From Nitrospirota bacterium (GTDB lineage Bacteria; Nitrospirota; UBA9217): DNA of 64,000 nucleotides. The notes under the pieces were generated by a model. The model worked only from the letters and a program-made list of their open reading frames with translations. It was not told where the DNA came from and did not search any database. A program made the position numbers and the translations under genes. The number at the start of each line of letters is the position of its first letter. The first letter of the stretch is position 1. Positions 39,137 to 48,833 of this stretch are shown in pieces. Where the stretch lies: contig CAWIYV010000004.1 in NCBI GenBank assembly GCA_963840455.1, forward strand, positions 32,001 through 96,000. Reading direction: 5' to 3'.

Positions 39137-40561
39137 TCAGATCCGGACGAACGACTGCTCGACGGAGGTCTTGAGCCGTTTCACGATCCGGACGAATATA
39201 TCCACCAGGCGCGGATCGAACTGCGTGCCTGCGCAAAGGATGATCTCCCGCACGGCATCCGCCTGCGCCCGGGATGGCCGATAGGGCCGAATCGAGGTCA
39301 TCGCATCGAAGGCATCGGCAACGGAGATGATGGCTGCATGGAGCGGGATATCTTCTCCACTCAGGCCGTCAGGATAGCCGTCCCCGTTGAACCACTCGTG
39401 GTGGTGTTTCACCGCGGGTATGTACTTGTGGAGAAATGCCGCCCTGCTCAGGATCTGGGCGCCATCTTCCGTGTGCCTCATGATCTCCTCGTGTTCGTCC
39501 CGGTTTAACCTGCCCTCTTTGAACAGCAAGTGGTCCGGCGTTCTCATCTTTCCCACATCATGGAAAAGGCATGCGATCTCGAGGTCCTCGAGCTCTTTTT
39601 TGGAAAGACCGAGCGCTTTGCCCATCTTGAGGGAAAGAACGGCGACGCGGGTCGAATGGCCGTGCGTATAGGGATCGCGGGCATCGATCGCCGCTGACAG
39701 GACCTTGACCGTAGCAATATAGGCTTGTTCCAATTCCCTGGCATAGTCGCCGAGCTCTGTCCTCTGGCGTGATATCAGCTCCGTCATTTCATTAAAGCTT
39801 GTTGTCAGCGCGCCGAGTTCGTCCCCGGAATAGATCATCAGCGGACGGGTCTTCTTTCCCTCCTTCAGCTCTTCGACTCCTTTTGCAAGCTCCATGACCG
39901 GCCTGGTGATCAACGAAGACATGATGACGATGCTGAGGATCGACAAGGCCAGAACAGCCGCCAGCGCGCCCAGGATCTGCCGCCGGACCTGGCCCTTTGC
40001 CTCAAGCAGGGATGACTTGTTCATCCTGATGATGACGGTGCCGATCTGCTTCTTCTGGAATACGACGGGGTTGATGATATCGAAATAATCCGCAGTACCG
40101 CTCTTGATCTCGTTGACGATCGTATCGCCGCTGTTCCGCATCAGCACGCTGTCCGATACCGGAATGAAGACCGTTTCCCGCTTGCCGATATCACTGTGCG
40201 CCAGGATCGTCATGCTGTTCCCGACGATCGCCACATACTCCACGTCCGGATTCGCGGACTTTATTTTCGTTGCGATGGTATCAAGGCCCAGCAGGTCATG
40301 AGAAAGGATATTGTAGGACGCCAGTTCGGCGGCGCTTTTGCCGAGAGATTCTGCCCGTTTCATTACCTCGTCCATGATATGCTGTTCCATGGTCCGCAGG
40401 GTAAGCAGGGAGAAAACAATGGTGGTTATGAGCACAAGGAACACGATGAGCATGGACAGTTTAAAGCTCAGCGTGAAGATGGAAGTCGGCCGCAAAGCCG
40501 TCACCTTCTCTTGGAGGAGATCTTTGTCCCTTTCGTGCGTTATCTTCTCAAGTAATCCCAT
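39137..40561 (-). CDS. Membrane HAMP/HD-GYP c-di-GMP phosphodiesterase
   Basis: Two TMs, HAMP, DPYTHGHS, HDVGK, HHEWFNGDGYP, RPYR. Confidence 0.92.
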   Translation of the reverse strand: MGLLEKITHERDKDLLQEKVTALRPTSIFTLSFKLSMLIVFLVLITTIVFSLLTLRTMEQHIMDEVMKRAESLGKSAAELASYNILSHDLLGLDTIATKIKSANPDVEYVAIVGNSMTILAHSDIGKRETVFIPVSDSVLMRNSGDTIVNEIKSGTADYFDIINPVVFQKKQIGTVIIRMNKSSLLEAKGQVRRQILGALAAVLALSILSIVIMSSLITRPVMELAKGVEELKEGKKTRPLMIYSGDELGALTTSFNEMTELISRQRTELGDYARELEQAYIATVKVLSAAIDARDPYTHGHSTRVAVLSLKMGKALGLSKKELEDLEIACLFHDVGKMRTPDHLLFKEGRLNRDEHEEIMRHTEDGAQILSRAAFLHKYIPAVKHHHEWFNGDGYPDGLSGEDIPLHAAIISVADAFDAMTSIRPYRPSRAQADAVREIILCAGTQFDPRLVDIFVRIVKRLKTSVEQSFVRI

Positions 40562-40860
40562 AGTATACAGGCTGATATCGGTCGATCTCTTTTCTGATGC
40601 GCGTAAATAAAAAAAGCTTCTTTCAGAGCAAGGATAGTTATCCCCTGTTCCCCATCGAAAGGATTATGGCGGTACTGATCGGATGAATGGCCATAACAAC
40701 AAGAATAGCTCGCCCCATAGTGAGAGTCAAGAGAAAAACCCATATTTTTCGATCAAAAATAATAAAAAGAACAAGTAGATACGTCGTCCTGAAAAGCAGG
40801 ATGCTCGGCCATGGCCAGTGAAGTAAGTTACCTGGAGTGCTCATGCACCATTGGACGCGC

Positions 40861-42507
40861 CTATCCTATCATTGTGGCGACCCTGTTCCTCCCCGCCTCT
40901 TTTGACGCGTAGAGCGCCGTGTCGGCGAGCGTTACGAAGGTGTCAATGTTCTCGACGGGAGCGCAGCAGCTGGCAACCCCCATGCTGAGCGTGACCCGTA
41001 CCTGCTTGTTCCAGGGAATCTCGAGGTCCAGACCCTCGACCGTGCGGCGGATCTTTTCCGCAATACGCTTCGCTCCGGCGAGCGATGTCTCGGGTAGGAT
41101 GATCATGAACTCGTCACCGCCGTACCGCCCCACGATGTCCGCCTTGCGCAGCGACTTCTGGAGCGCCATGGCAACGGACAGGAGCGCACGGTCTCCCGCG
41201 GTATGGCCGAAGGAGTCGTTGATATGCTTGAACTTGTCGATGTCGCAAAGGACCAGCGAAAGGTTGGTATTATACCGGGTTGCCCGGTCGATCTCGTGTT
41301 TCAGCGTGTCATTGAGCGCCCGGCGGTTGAGCAGTCCGGTAAGCCCATCGGTCGTCGACAAATGGTTCAAGGTGGCGATCATCCGCTTCTTCTCATCTTC
41401 CTCTTGCTTCCGGTCGGTGATGTTCCGGGTATATTCGATGACATGCGATACGTTCCCGGCGTGGTCGAAAATGGGATAGGTGAAGATCTCGATCCACAAC
41501 GTTGAACCGTCCGACAGCGTCAGCTGCTTCTCCTTTGCGCAGGGATCCTTCGTCTGGAACGTCCTGTCAACGATGCATTCATCGCACACGCCGGGCCTGT
41601 TGTGCAGCGCCTCGTAGCATTTCTTCCCGAAGAGGTCGCCCGATCGCTTTTCCCGCATGCGCGCGTAGGCGTCATTGAACTTGATGATCCTGTATTCGTG
41701 GTTCACGATGCTGAACGGGTCGTGAATGCTGTCGAAGATGGTGCTCAGAAAGTTCTCCGAACGGCAGAGCTCTTCCTCGGTCCGCGTCCGGTCGTTGATC
41801 TCCCTGCGCAGGACCTCATTGACCGCATGCAGTTCCTTGGTCCGCTCCGTCACCAGGTGCTCCAACTGCTCACGGTGTTTCCGCAGTTCCTTTTCCGATC
41901 TCTTGCGTTCGGTTATATCGCGCAGCAGTCCCACGGCGTGCCATTTCCCCTTGAGCAGAAGCGCGGAGAGAGAGATCTCGACGGGGAACTCCGGGCCTCC
42001 CTTGTGCACCGCCCTCAGTTCGAGCGTCCTGCCGGCGGTCGAATCCAGCCCCGATTCCCGGAACTTGAGGAAACTCTTCTGATAGGTCCGCAGGTATCGC
42101 TGCGGGGCCAGCAAGGCATGCAGTTCCCTGCCGATCGCCTCGTGTGAGGGATACCCAAAGATCCTTTCTGCAGCGCTGTTCCAGAACGAGATCCTCCCCT
42201 CGTGGTCCATCAGAACGATAGCATCGCTGGCCGCGTCGGCGAGTATGAGCAGGGTCTCATTGCTTTCCTGGGATGCCTTCTGGGCGCGGTTGCGTTTCAG
42301 AACGGTCCGGGCGAGGACCACGCCGACGGTGACGAGGCTGGCGATAAAGAGCGATCGGGAGTAGATCTCATGGGCGGACAGGTGCAGCAGAAGGACGTCG
42401 GAGAAGGCGCCTGTTCGGAAAACAAAGGCATCCATGGCTGCGCCCCATACCCAGAGGGCAAGTGACGCAATGCCGATAAGAACTATGGCGAGGCGCTTAT
42501 TTTTCAT
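40861..42507 (-). CDS. Membrane PAS-PAS diguanylate cyclase
   Basis: Two TMs, two PAS domains, DGLTGLLNRR, RKAD I-site, GGDEF. Confidence 0.93.
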   Translation of the reverse strand: MKNKRLAIVLIGIASLALWVWGAAMDAFVFRTGAFSDVLLLHLSAHEIYSRSLFIASLVTVGVVLARTVLKRNRAQKASQESNETLLILADAASDAIVLMDHEGRISFWNSAAERIFGYPSHEAIGRELHALLAPQRYLRTYQKSFLKFRESGLDSTAGRTLELRAVHKGGPEFPVEISLSALLLKGKWHAVGLLRDITERKRSEKELRKHREQLEHLVTERTKELHAVNEVLRREINDRTRTEEELCRSENFLSTIFDSIHDPFSIVNHEYRIIKFNDAYARMREKRSGDLFGKKCYEALHNRPGVCDECIVDRTFQTKDPCAKEKQLTLSDGSTLWIEIFTYPIFDHAGNVSHVIEYTRNITDRKQEEDEKKRMIATLNHLSTTDGLTGLLNRRALNDTLKHEIDRATRYNTNLSLVLCDIDKFKHINDSFGHTAGDRALLSVAMALQKSLRKADIVGRYGGDEFMIILPETSLAGAKRIAEKIRRTVEGLDLEIPWNKQVRVTLSMGVASCCAPVENIDTFVTLADTALYASKEAGRNRVATMIG

Positions 42508-42542
42508 ATAACATTAAATACATGTTCATGCTAAATATTAAA

Positions 42543-42558
42543 GCATTAGTCATGCCAA
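42543..42558 (-). promoter_or_regulatory. Sigma54 (-24/-12) promoter of the diguanylate cyclase
   Basis: TTGGCATGACTAATGC (GG-N10-GC) in an AT-rich intergenic region. Confidence 0.6.
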
Positions 42559-42688
42559 GTTAAATCACTGTATTTATAGATGGTTAGCTGTTTGACAGCC
42601 AAGGAACATGTGGCTAAAAGGCTAATATTCGGTAATTATTGTAATAGTAAAGGCTTAGAAGGCGGGGAGAGACAGGGCTGGGGAAATG

Positions 42689-43993
42689 CTATTTTCTGCT
42701 CGCTTCCATCAATGCCTGGACCGGCTTGAGACTGTACGGGCTTCCATGCTCGATTGCCGTTAGCACGGTGCCGCCGCCGGTGAAGAAATAGTAGCTTGCG
42801 TCATCCATGACGGACAAGTAGAGGCCGGGCAGGAGGTTCTTGAACTCCTGGAGGGTGTCGCCGCCGCCGTACATCTTCATGGCCTGCCGGTTCAGGTCGA
42901 TGGTATTGTCCAGCGCCTGAGAGCCTGCGGCAAAGTGGGGCGTATAGCCCATGACGGCATTGACGAAGATGGTCTTTGCCGTGCCGATGGCATCGGCAAC
43001 CGTCCTTTCCTCGAAGGACCGGGGGTCGATGTCCAGGACGTACCCGTAGGAATTTCCCGGTCGAAAATCCCTGACCGAGATGGTCCGGTAGTTCCCTTCG
43101 ATCCTTCTGTCCGGAACATCCGATTCGACGAGCAGGGGAAGCTCGACGATCTTGCCCGCATGACGGTCCTTTTCGACCAGTTCCTGGGCAAGTGCGCGGT
43201 CCTCGTCGCTCACGCCCTTGATGGTTACCTGATACTTGGCGCAGAGATAGGTATTGTAGATCACGCCGCCGAGCACCAGGCAATCCACCTTATCATAGAT
43301 CGCATTGAGGGGCTTGATCTTGGTGTCGTACTTCGAACCGGCGACAACGGCTAGGAATGGCCGCTCGGGGTTCATGACGCCTTCAAGGTGCATGATCTCC
43401 TGCTGGAGCAGGAAGCCCGCGCAGGAGGGAAGGTGCCGGGTGATGTTGTAGGTTGAGGCATGGGGCTGCCACGAGCCGAAGGCGTCGTTCACATAGACAT
43501 CGGCCAGGCCGGCAAGCTGGAGCGCAAAGCGCTCGCGGAGCTCGCCTTCAGCCTCTTCGCCCCGGAACCACCGCGTGTTCGGCAGATAGATCCCCCCGAT
43601 CTTCCGGTCGCGCAGGTCCCTGACGGCAAGGTTGATGGATGTGTCGATCCCGGCAATGCCCCGCTCGGGTTCAACGGGGAACGCCGGAACATGCAGCTTT
43701 GTATGGAGCTTCTGCTCGAGATAGCGTACGACCGGTTCAACGGATTCTTCCGGCCGGCAGACTATGGCCCCGGTCTTTTTGTCCTTCGGCCTGCCCACGT
43801 GCGTCATCATGATGGGTCTGCCGCCGCGCTCGACGATATGAAAGAGGGTCCCGACGGTGCGGTCGATGCGGAAAGGATCGCGTATCGCTCCCTCCTTCAC
43901 GACATTATGATCGAACCGGACCAGCACGACCTTGCCCTGCAGGTCGGTGTTCTGGATCAGCGGCAGGTCGGGATGCAACGATTTGATCGGCAT
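42689..43993 (-). CDS. pgk: Phosphoglycerate kinase (divergent clade)
   Basis: VRFDHNV, HVGRP, NDAFG, GGGDT, TGGG. Confidence 0.85.
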   Translation of the reverse strand: MPIKSLHPDLPLIQNTDLQGKVVLVRFDHNVVKEGAIRDPFRIDRTVGTLFHIVERGGRPIMMTHVGRPKDKKTGAIVCRPEESVEPVVRYLEQKLHTKLHVPAFPVEPERGIAGIDTSINLAVRDLRDRKIGGIYLPNTRWFRGEEAEGELRERFALQLAGLADVYVNDAFGSWQPHASTYNITRHLPSCAGFLLQQEIMHLEGVMNPERPFLAVVAGSKYDTKIKPLNAIYDKVDCLVLGGVIYNTYLCAKYQVTIKGVSDEDRALAQELVEKDRHAGKIVELPLLVESDVPDRRIEGNYRTISVRDFRPGNSYGYVLDIDPRSFEERTVADAIGTAKTIFVNAVMGYTPHFAAGSQALDNTIDLNRQAMKMYGGGDTLQEFKNLLPGLYLSVMDDASYYFFTGGGTVLTAIEHGSPYSLKPVQALMEASRK

Positions 43994-44233
43994 AGGGATT
44001 GATCCTTGTTTGCAGCGATCTTACGAAATCAGTATTGGCCCAATTATAGCACAGTGGCATTTCTCCCATCCCCCCGTGAAGTCGTACTGTGCGGCCCTAT
44101 CGACGAGCTATCGCGCGTTGCTTTTCTGTCCTCTTTATACCAACGATACTGATGCGCAGAGTCCTGTCCCCCGACGAAATCGCGGCTATCGAGCTCAGAT
44201 CGGAGTACCCTTCTCAACGATACCAAAGCCTTC

Positions 44234-44329
44234 CTATGCTCCGGCCACGATCACCGGGCAGGGCGCCTGGCGGATAACGTTCTCGATCACGTGATTGCCA
44301 AAGAGCTGGTTGAAGAATCTTCTCCTCAT
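44234..44329 (-). pseudogene. C-terminal remnant of a universal stress protein
   Basis: LFGNHVIENVIRQAPCPVIVAGA* closely matches the end of the USP at 53396-53818 (LFGDHVIENVIRRAPCPVFVVGA*). Confidence 0.75.
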
Positions 44330-44409
44330 GTTTAGCGCCTTGATAGGCCGAATTTGCTTTGTGGATGCAAGAAAGAATGATGTCTCTTGTGAACTATCCC
44401 TGTCCTCGC

Positions 44410-45456
44410 TTACCTTGATTGCCGGTCCACCTCCTCATACACAAGAGCAGAAATGTCGCGCAGGGTCTTTGACAACATCCCGGGATCATCGCCCCGTACC
44501 ATGACGCCTACCAAATAGGGATGTACAGGATGATATACGATCCCGAATTCATGGTACTGTCTCGATCCTGTGGCAGCGTCATCTGCGGGATGGGAAAGCA
44601 TGCGTTCTCCATATTTGGCCACGACGTCTATGTCTGCAGGGACACCGGAGATGATCCCATCCTTGAATGTGGTCTTGGACAGATAACGGAGGGCCTTTTC
44701 GGACATGTCACTGCCGAGGTATGAGGCATTGAAGAGGACGCGAAAGAAAGAAGCATAGGCATTGAAGGTGATCGAGTCATCGTTCTTCGCGGGATCATAA
44801 TCAACGGAGATCTCCTTAAAGATCTTATCGAGACGGCCGGGAGGCAGATTGGCTTTCAACAACGCATAGGCACCGCTGTCATTGTAGGCGATCATCCGGT
44901 AAATGAGCGTGTCTATCTTATAGGACTTCCCCTCTTCAAAAAAATCACTTGTTGTTGGCTGATCCTGGAGAGCGGCGTTGTGATGGCCGGCATAGACGAT
45001 CTTTCTGTTCAGCAGCAGCGGGGTAGATTCCGTCCATTTGAGGTAGGCGATCATGAGCGGCAGCTTTAAGAGCGTGTCACTGGAGAACCGCTCCTGTTCC
45101 CGGATGCCGAACCGTTGGCCATAGAGGAGGTCGCGGAAATAGACCGATATCTCGGAGACTTCGCCTGATTTCTGCCTGCTGCCTGCCAGAGCGGCAACTT
45201 TGTATCGAAAAGGCTTTAGCTCTTTAGCCGCCCGGCCGCTTTCAGCCAGCTTCGCCTGTTCCGCACTTCGAATATACTTGTACTCACCATCCCCGTCGGC
45301 AAGAGAACCCTTGGCGCCTTCATGACGCGCGGAGCCGTATATTTCCATCCCCCTGTCGACATACACCCCGAAGCAAAAAGCCAGCGCAAGGAGAATCAGC
45401 AGCTGTGATCTGCCAAGGACAATGGTGCTTTTTTTATTCTTCATCGGGTCTGACAT
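44410..45456 (-). CDS. Class A beta-lactamase-like serine hydrolase with degenerate catalytic motifs
   Basis: SVYFRDL, DTLLKLP (SxxK changed to TxxK), YNDS (in place of SDN), KYGER, HEFGIVY. Confidence 0.8.
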   Translation of the reverse strand: MSDPMKNKKSTIVLGRSQLLILLALAFCFGVYVDRGMEIYGSARHEGAKGSLADGDGEYKYIRSAEQAKLAESGRAAKELKPFRYKVAALAGSRQKSGEVSEISVYFRDLLYGQRFGIREQERFSSDTLLKLPLMIAYLKWTESTPLLLNRKIVYAGHHNAALQDQPTTSDFFEEGKSYKIDTLIYRMIAYNDSGAYALLKANLPPGRLDKIFKEISVDYDPAKNDDSITFNAYASFFRVLFNASYLGSDMSEKALRYLSKTTFKDGIISGVPADIDVVAKYGERMLSHPADDAATGSRQYHEFGIVYHPVHPYLVGVMVRGDDPGMLSKTLRDISALVYEEVDRQSR

Positions 45457-45562
45457 GTCGTTCTGCTCTCAGTTCGGAAGCCGTGGCTTGCGCCTTTGGT
45501 CGCGCTGAGCCCGGATCACGGCAACGGTTGCCACAGGCCGATCTGTTCCCGATGATAACGCA

Positions 45563-45844
45563 CTAAGCCAATTCATGGACCGTGACCAGCGCAACAAGGG
45601 ACAGCAGAAAAAGACCGGCAAGAAATACCATATCGGCGATCCTCTCATAGCGATCAGAATCTTTCGCCGAGCGCATTGACGCATAGGACAGCACACTGGC
45701 GGCCAAAAATATAATGATCACCACGCCATCCAGCTTGTCGATGATCCGTTCTACGCCGCGGGCCCTCCAGAGCTTTTTTAGCGCAAAGATCACAAAGCAT
45801 AATCCGAGGAGATTTGCCGCCGTCGGCAGTATGTGTTTCGCCAT
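45563..45844 (-). CDS. Small 3-TM membrane protein
   Basis: HILPTAANLLGLCF motif; three hydrophobic segments. Confidence 0.75.
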   Translation of the reverse strand: MAKHILPTAANLLGLCFVIFALKKLWRARGVERIIDKLDGVVIIIFLAASVLSYASMRSAKDSDRYERIADMVFLAGLFLLSLVALVTVHELA

Positions 45845-45873
45845 GTTCTTCCTGTCATTGCTGTTTGCCGGCA

Positions 45874-48471
45874 TCAGGGATCCCTCTTGACCGGCTCTTT
45901 CCCGTGCATTGACGGAACCTCGTACAGTTCGCTTAAGAAATTCGTTTTATAGCGTTCGATGGCGCCATCATCATGGAGCATCGCGTCCAGTTGCCGGGTA
46001 AAGGATATCAGCCTCCCGAGAACGTCGAGGCGCGCTTCCATCTCATCCCGGCCGATGTTCGCCAGCCGGGCAACGATCATGTCGCCCTTGAGCTTGATAT
46101 GGAATCCCTGCTCGTGCAGGACGGCAGCGATCAGCTGGAGCCTCCGGGACCGCTTGGTGATGTCGGTGGCGCCGCCTGCGAAACGGAAATAGAGGTGATT
46201 GTTCCGGGTCACCTCGCTGCAGAAAGCGTCGAGGATGATGTAATGATACCCGAACTTGAGGCTCAGGTTCATATAGTCCCGCGAGATCACGGCAACGCTC
46301 GCGGAGGCCTGCGGCGCGCCGTCGGTCACGATATCCGACGCCCGCAGCATGCTCGTCATGAAGTCATTGGCCCGGAGCGGCACCGACTCTGAACGCCAGA
46401 CGCCCGGATGGACCATGCCCCTGATCACCGCCCGGAGCGGCACCGACGTCACCTGGTCGGTGGTCACGTGGTCCCGTGGTGCGGCATTCTGCAGTCCCTC
46501 TCCGATGTCGATCAGAACGATCCCCGCGGGGATCGAAAGGTCCAGTTTGACGGTACGGTTCGATCGCCACCCCGCGCCTGCCTGATCGATCAGCTCGGCA
46601 ACGGACTTTTCATGGATGAACCGCAGGATGTCATGGAGCGTCCGGCACGCCTTCGGCGTAAAGTCGTCCCGCAAGGGATCGACCAGATTAAGGGGAACGA
46701 TGTACCTCAGCAGGTAACGCTTTTTTCGGTACTCGGACAGTTCCTCCATCCGAAGGGAACCGGCGTTCGCCCGGTCGAGGAGTTGATCCACGACACCGGG
46801 ATAGACGGTCACCTCATGTTCATCGATATGCACCGTGACCTGTTGTCCATGGACGAGGGTCCGGGTCATGTCACCGGTGTTGACCGCCGTCGGAAGCCTG
46901 AACTCGCGGCAGAGTGATGCCATGTGGCTTGTCAGGGCACCGGTGTCGGTGATGATCGCGGCGACATCGGCCATCACCCTCACGAACTGCGAAGCATCAT
47001 GCCGGGCAACCAGGATATCTCCCCGGGAGACCCGGTCAAGATCGGCCGGATTTCTGAGAATAAAGACCCTGCCGGTGGCTCCTCCCGGGTAAACGGCTAA
47101 ACCGTTCTTCCGGGCAATTGCCTGAACCTCTCTGTCCAAGGCCGCCCGATCAGGCTTTTTCCCTGCAGGTTCGGAGTCCCTGAGCGGTCGGGATTGCAGG
47201 ATAAAGACCTTTCCGTCGCCATCGATCGCCCATTCGATGTCCTGCGGTCTCCGGAAGTGCTGTTCGATCTTCACGGCCAGGCCGGCGATCCGGGCGACCT
47301 GCTCCGGCAACAGGCTGGGACGTGTCCGGACGTTCACGGGAACTGACAGGGTCGCGGTCCCGCCACCGCTTACCCGTACAGCCAGGGATTCCTTTGTGCC
47401 GATTTTTTGCTCCAGGATCTCGAAAGGGTCGCCTTTGCTCACCCGGAAGTAGTCCGAGTCCGTTCTGCCCTCGACGACCGATGTTCCCAGTCCCCATGTC
47501 GCGTTGATGACAACACTGTCGCTTGCTCCCCGCGGATCGCGGGAATAGGCGACGCCGCTCGCCGCCGCATCCACCATCACCATACAGGCGACGGCCATTT
47601 TCATGTCCGTTACCCCGTACCCGAGCCGCTGCTGATAGACCAGAGCGCTCGGTGCAAAGATGCTGGCGAGGACCTTCCGGTATGCTCGTTCGACGGCCGC
47701 GGTCTCGGACGGAACGTTCAGCACCGTCTCGAACTGTCCGGCAAACGAGAAGTCGCCATCCTCTTCTCCCGCACTGCTCCGGACCGCGATATAGCAGTCA
47801 CCGCGGCAGCGTTTTCTCAGCCTTCTGACCCCCCGCTCGATCGCACGGCTCAGCTCCGTCGGCATCTCCCCGTGCAGGATGAGCTCCCGTGCCTCCTGAT
47901 AGGCCCTACCGGCGTCCGGACCTCCGGTCAAACCTGAACGCTCCATGACCCGGTTGTGCAGCAGGTATGCTTCAGCAGCCTGTGTCGTGATGACGAATGA
48001 GGCTGGGACCGGCAACCCCAGCCTGTTTCCGAGCTCGGCGAGGTTCCTGGCCTTGCCGCCGACCGCTCCTGCCGCGCTGTCGTCAATATCCTCGGCAACA
48101 ACGACTAGGTCCTTCCTCTGCGGCGAAGCGCCGTCGATCGCGTACCTGATATTCTCATTGATCGACCGATAGACCGTTCGGAGCCGTGGATACCGGCCGG
48201 AGGTAAGCTCTTCGAAGCTCGTAAGCGACCCTTCCAGGGACGCGGAGAGTTCCCCGTAGGAGCGCCGGATATACTGGATATCAAAGAGGTAGTCGCCGCT
48301 CAGTATGTCGCCGATGTCCGTTATGATCTCAAGCGACCGGTTGTTGTTCTTCAGCACGTCGCGGAACTGCCGGAACAGCGCTTCAGGCGAGGTCCGTTTG
48401 CGGGGCCGGATCCCGAGGTGCCGTACAATTGTGGTGAGCCATCCCGCTGGTTTCTTCATGGCCGGTGTCAC
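45874..48471 (-). CDS. PEP synthase/PPDK-like protein (ATP-grasp plus phosphohistidine swivel domain, atypical C-terminus)
   Basis: VGGKA, AVRSSA, SFAGQF, PQDIEWA, LQSRPL, TSHMA. Confidence 0.88.
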   Translation of the reverse strand: MTPAMKKPAGWLTTIVRHLGIRPRKRTSPEALFRQFRDVLKNNNRSLEIITDIGDILSGDYLFDIQYIRRSYGELSASLEGSLTSFEELTSGRYPRLRTVYRSINENIRYAIDGASPQRKDLVVVAEDIDDSAAGAVGGKARNLAELGNRLGLPVPASFVITTQAAEAYLLHNRVMERSGLTGGPDAGRAYQEARELILHGEMPTELSRAIERGVRRLRKRCRGDCYIAVRSSAGEEDGDFSFAGQFETVLNVPSETAAVERAYRKVLASIFAPSALVYQQRLGYGVTDMKMAVACMVMVDAAASGVAYSRDPRGASDSVVINATWGLGTSVVEGRTDSDYFRVSKGDPFEILEQKIGTKESLAVRVSGGGTATLSVPVNVRTRPSLLPEQVARIAGLAVKIEQHFRRPQDIEWAIDGDGKVFILQSRPLRDSEPAGKKPDRAALDREVQAIARKNGLAVYPGGATGRVFILRNPADLDRVSRGDILVARHDASQFVRVMADVAAIITDTGALTSHMASLCREFRLPTAVNTGDMTRTLVHGQQVTVHIDEHEVTVYPGVVDQLLDRANAGSLRMEELSEYRKKRYLLRYIVPLNLVDPLRDDFTPKACRTLHDILRFIHEKSVAELIDQAGAGWRSNRTVKLDLSIPAGIVLIDIGEGLQNAAPRDHVTTDQVTSVPLRAVIRGMVHPGVWRSESVPLRANDFMTSMLRASDIVTDGAPQASASVAVISRDYMNLSLKFGYHYIILDAFCSEVTRNNHLYFRFAGGATDITKRSRRLQLIAAVLHEQGFHIKLKGDMIVARLANIGRDEMEARLDVLGRLISFTRQLDAMLHDDGAIERYKTNFLSELYEVPSMHGKEPVKRDP

Positions 48472-48833
48472 TTTCCCAGTGCACGCCTGATGGATGCCTT
48501 GAGCTCATTGATCTTGACGGGTTTCGGAAAGAAGTCATGCACATCTCCCCGGAGCGCCTCGATCGCCGCATCAAGGTTCGCGAATGCGGTGATCATGATG
48601 ACCTTGGTCCCCGGATACTGCTTCTTCACGATGCGGAGGACCTCCATGCCGTCGATGCCCTTCATCTTGTAGTCGGTCACTACGACATCGAAGGACTGTT
48701 CCTTGAGCCGTGCCAGCGCCGCCTCTCCGTTCAGGAATGTCTCCACGACAAACCCGTCCGTTTCCAGTGACAGCTTGGCCATGTCGCCCACGATCTTCTC
48801 ATCATCAATGACCATGATCCTGTTCTTATTCAT
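48468..48833 (-). CDS. Single-domain response regulator
   Basis: VIDDE, TDYKM, ITA, KP. Confidence 0.92.
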   Translation of the reverse strand: MNKNRIMVIDDEKIVGDMAKLSLETDGFVVETFLNGEAALARLKEQSFDVVVTDYKMKGIDGMEVLRIVKKQYPGTKVIMITAFANLDAAIEALRGDVHDFFPKPVKINELKASIRRALGK

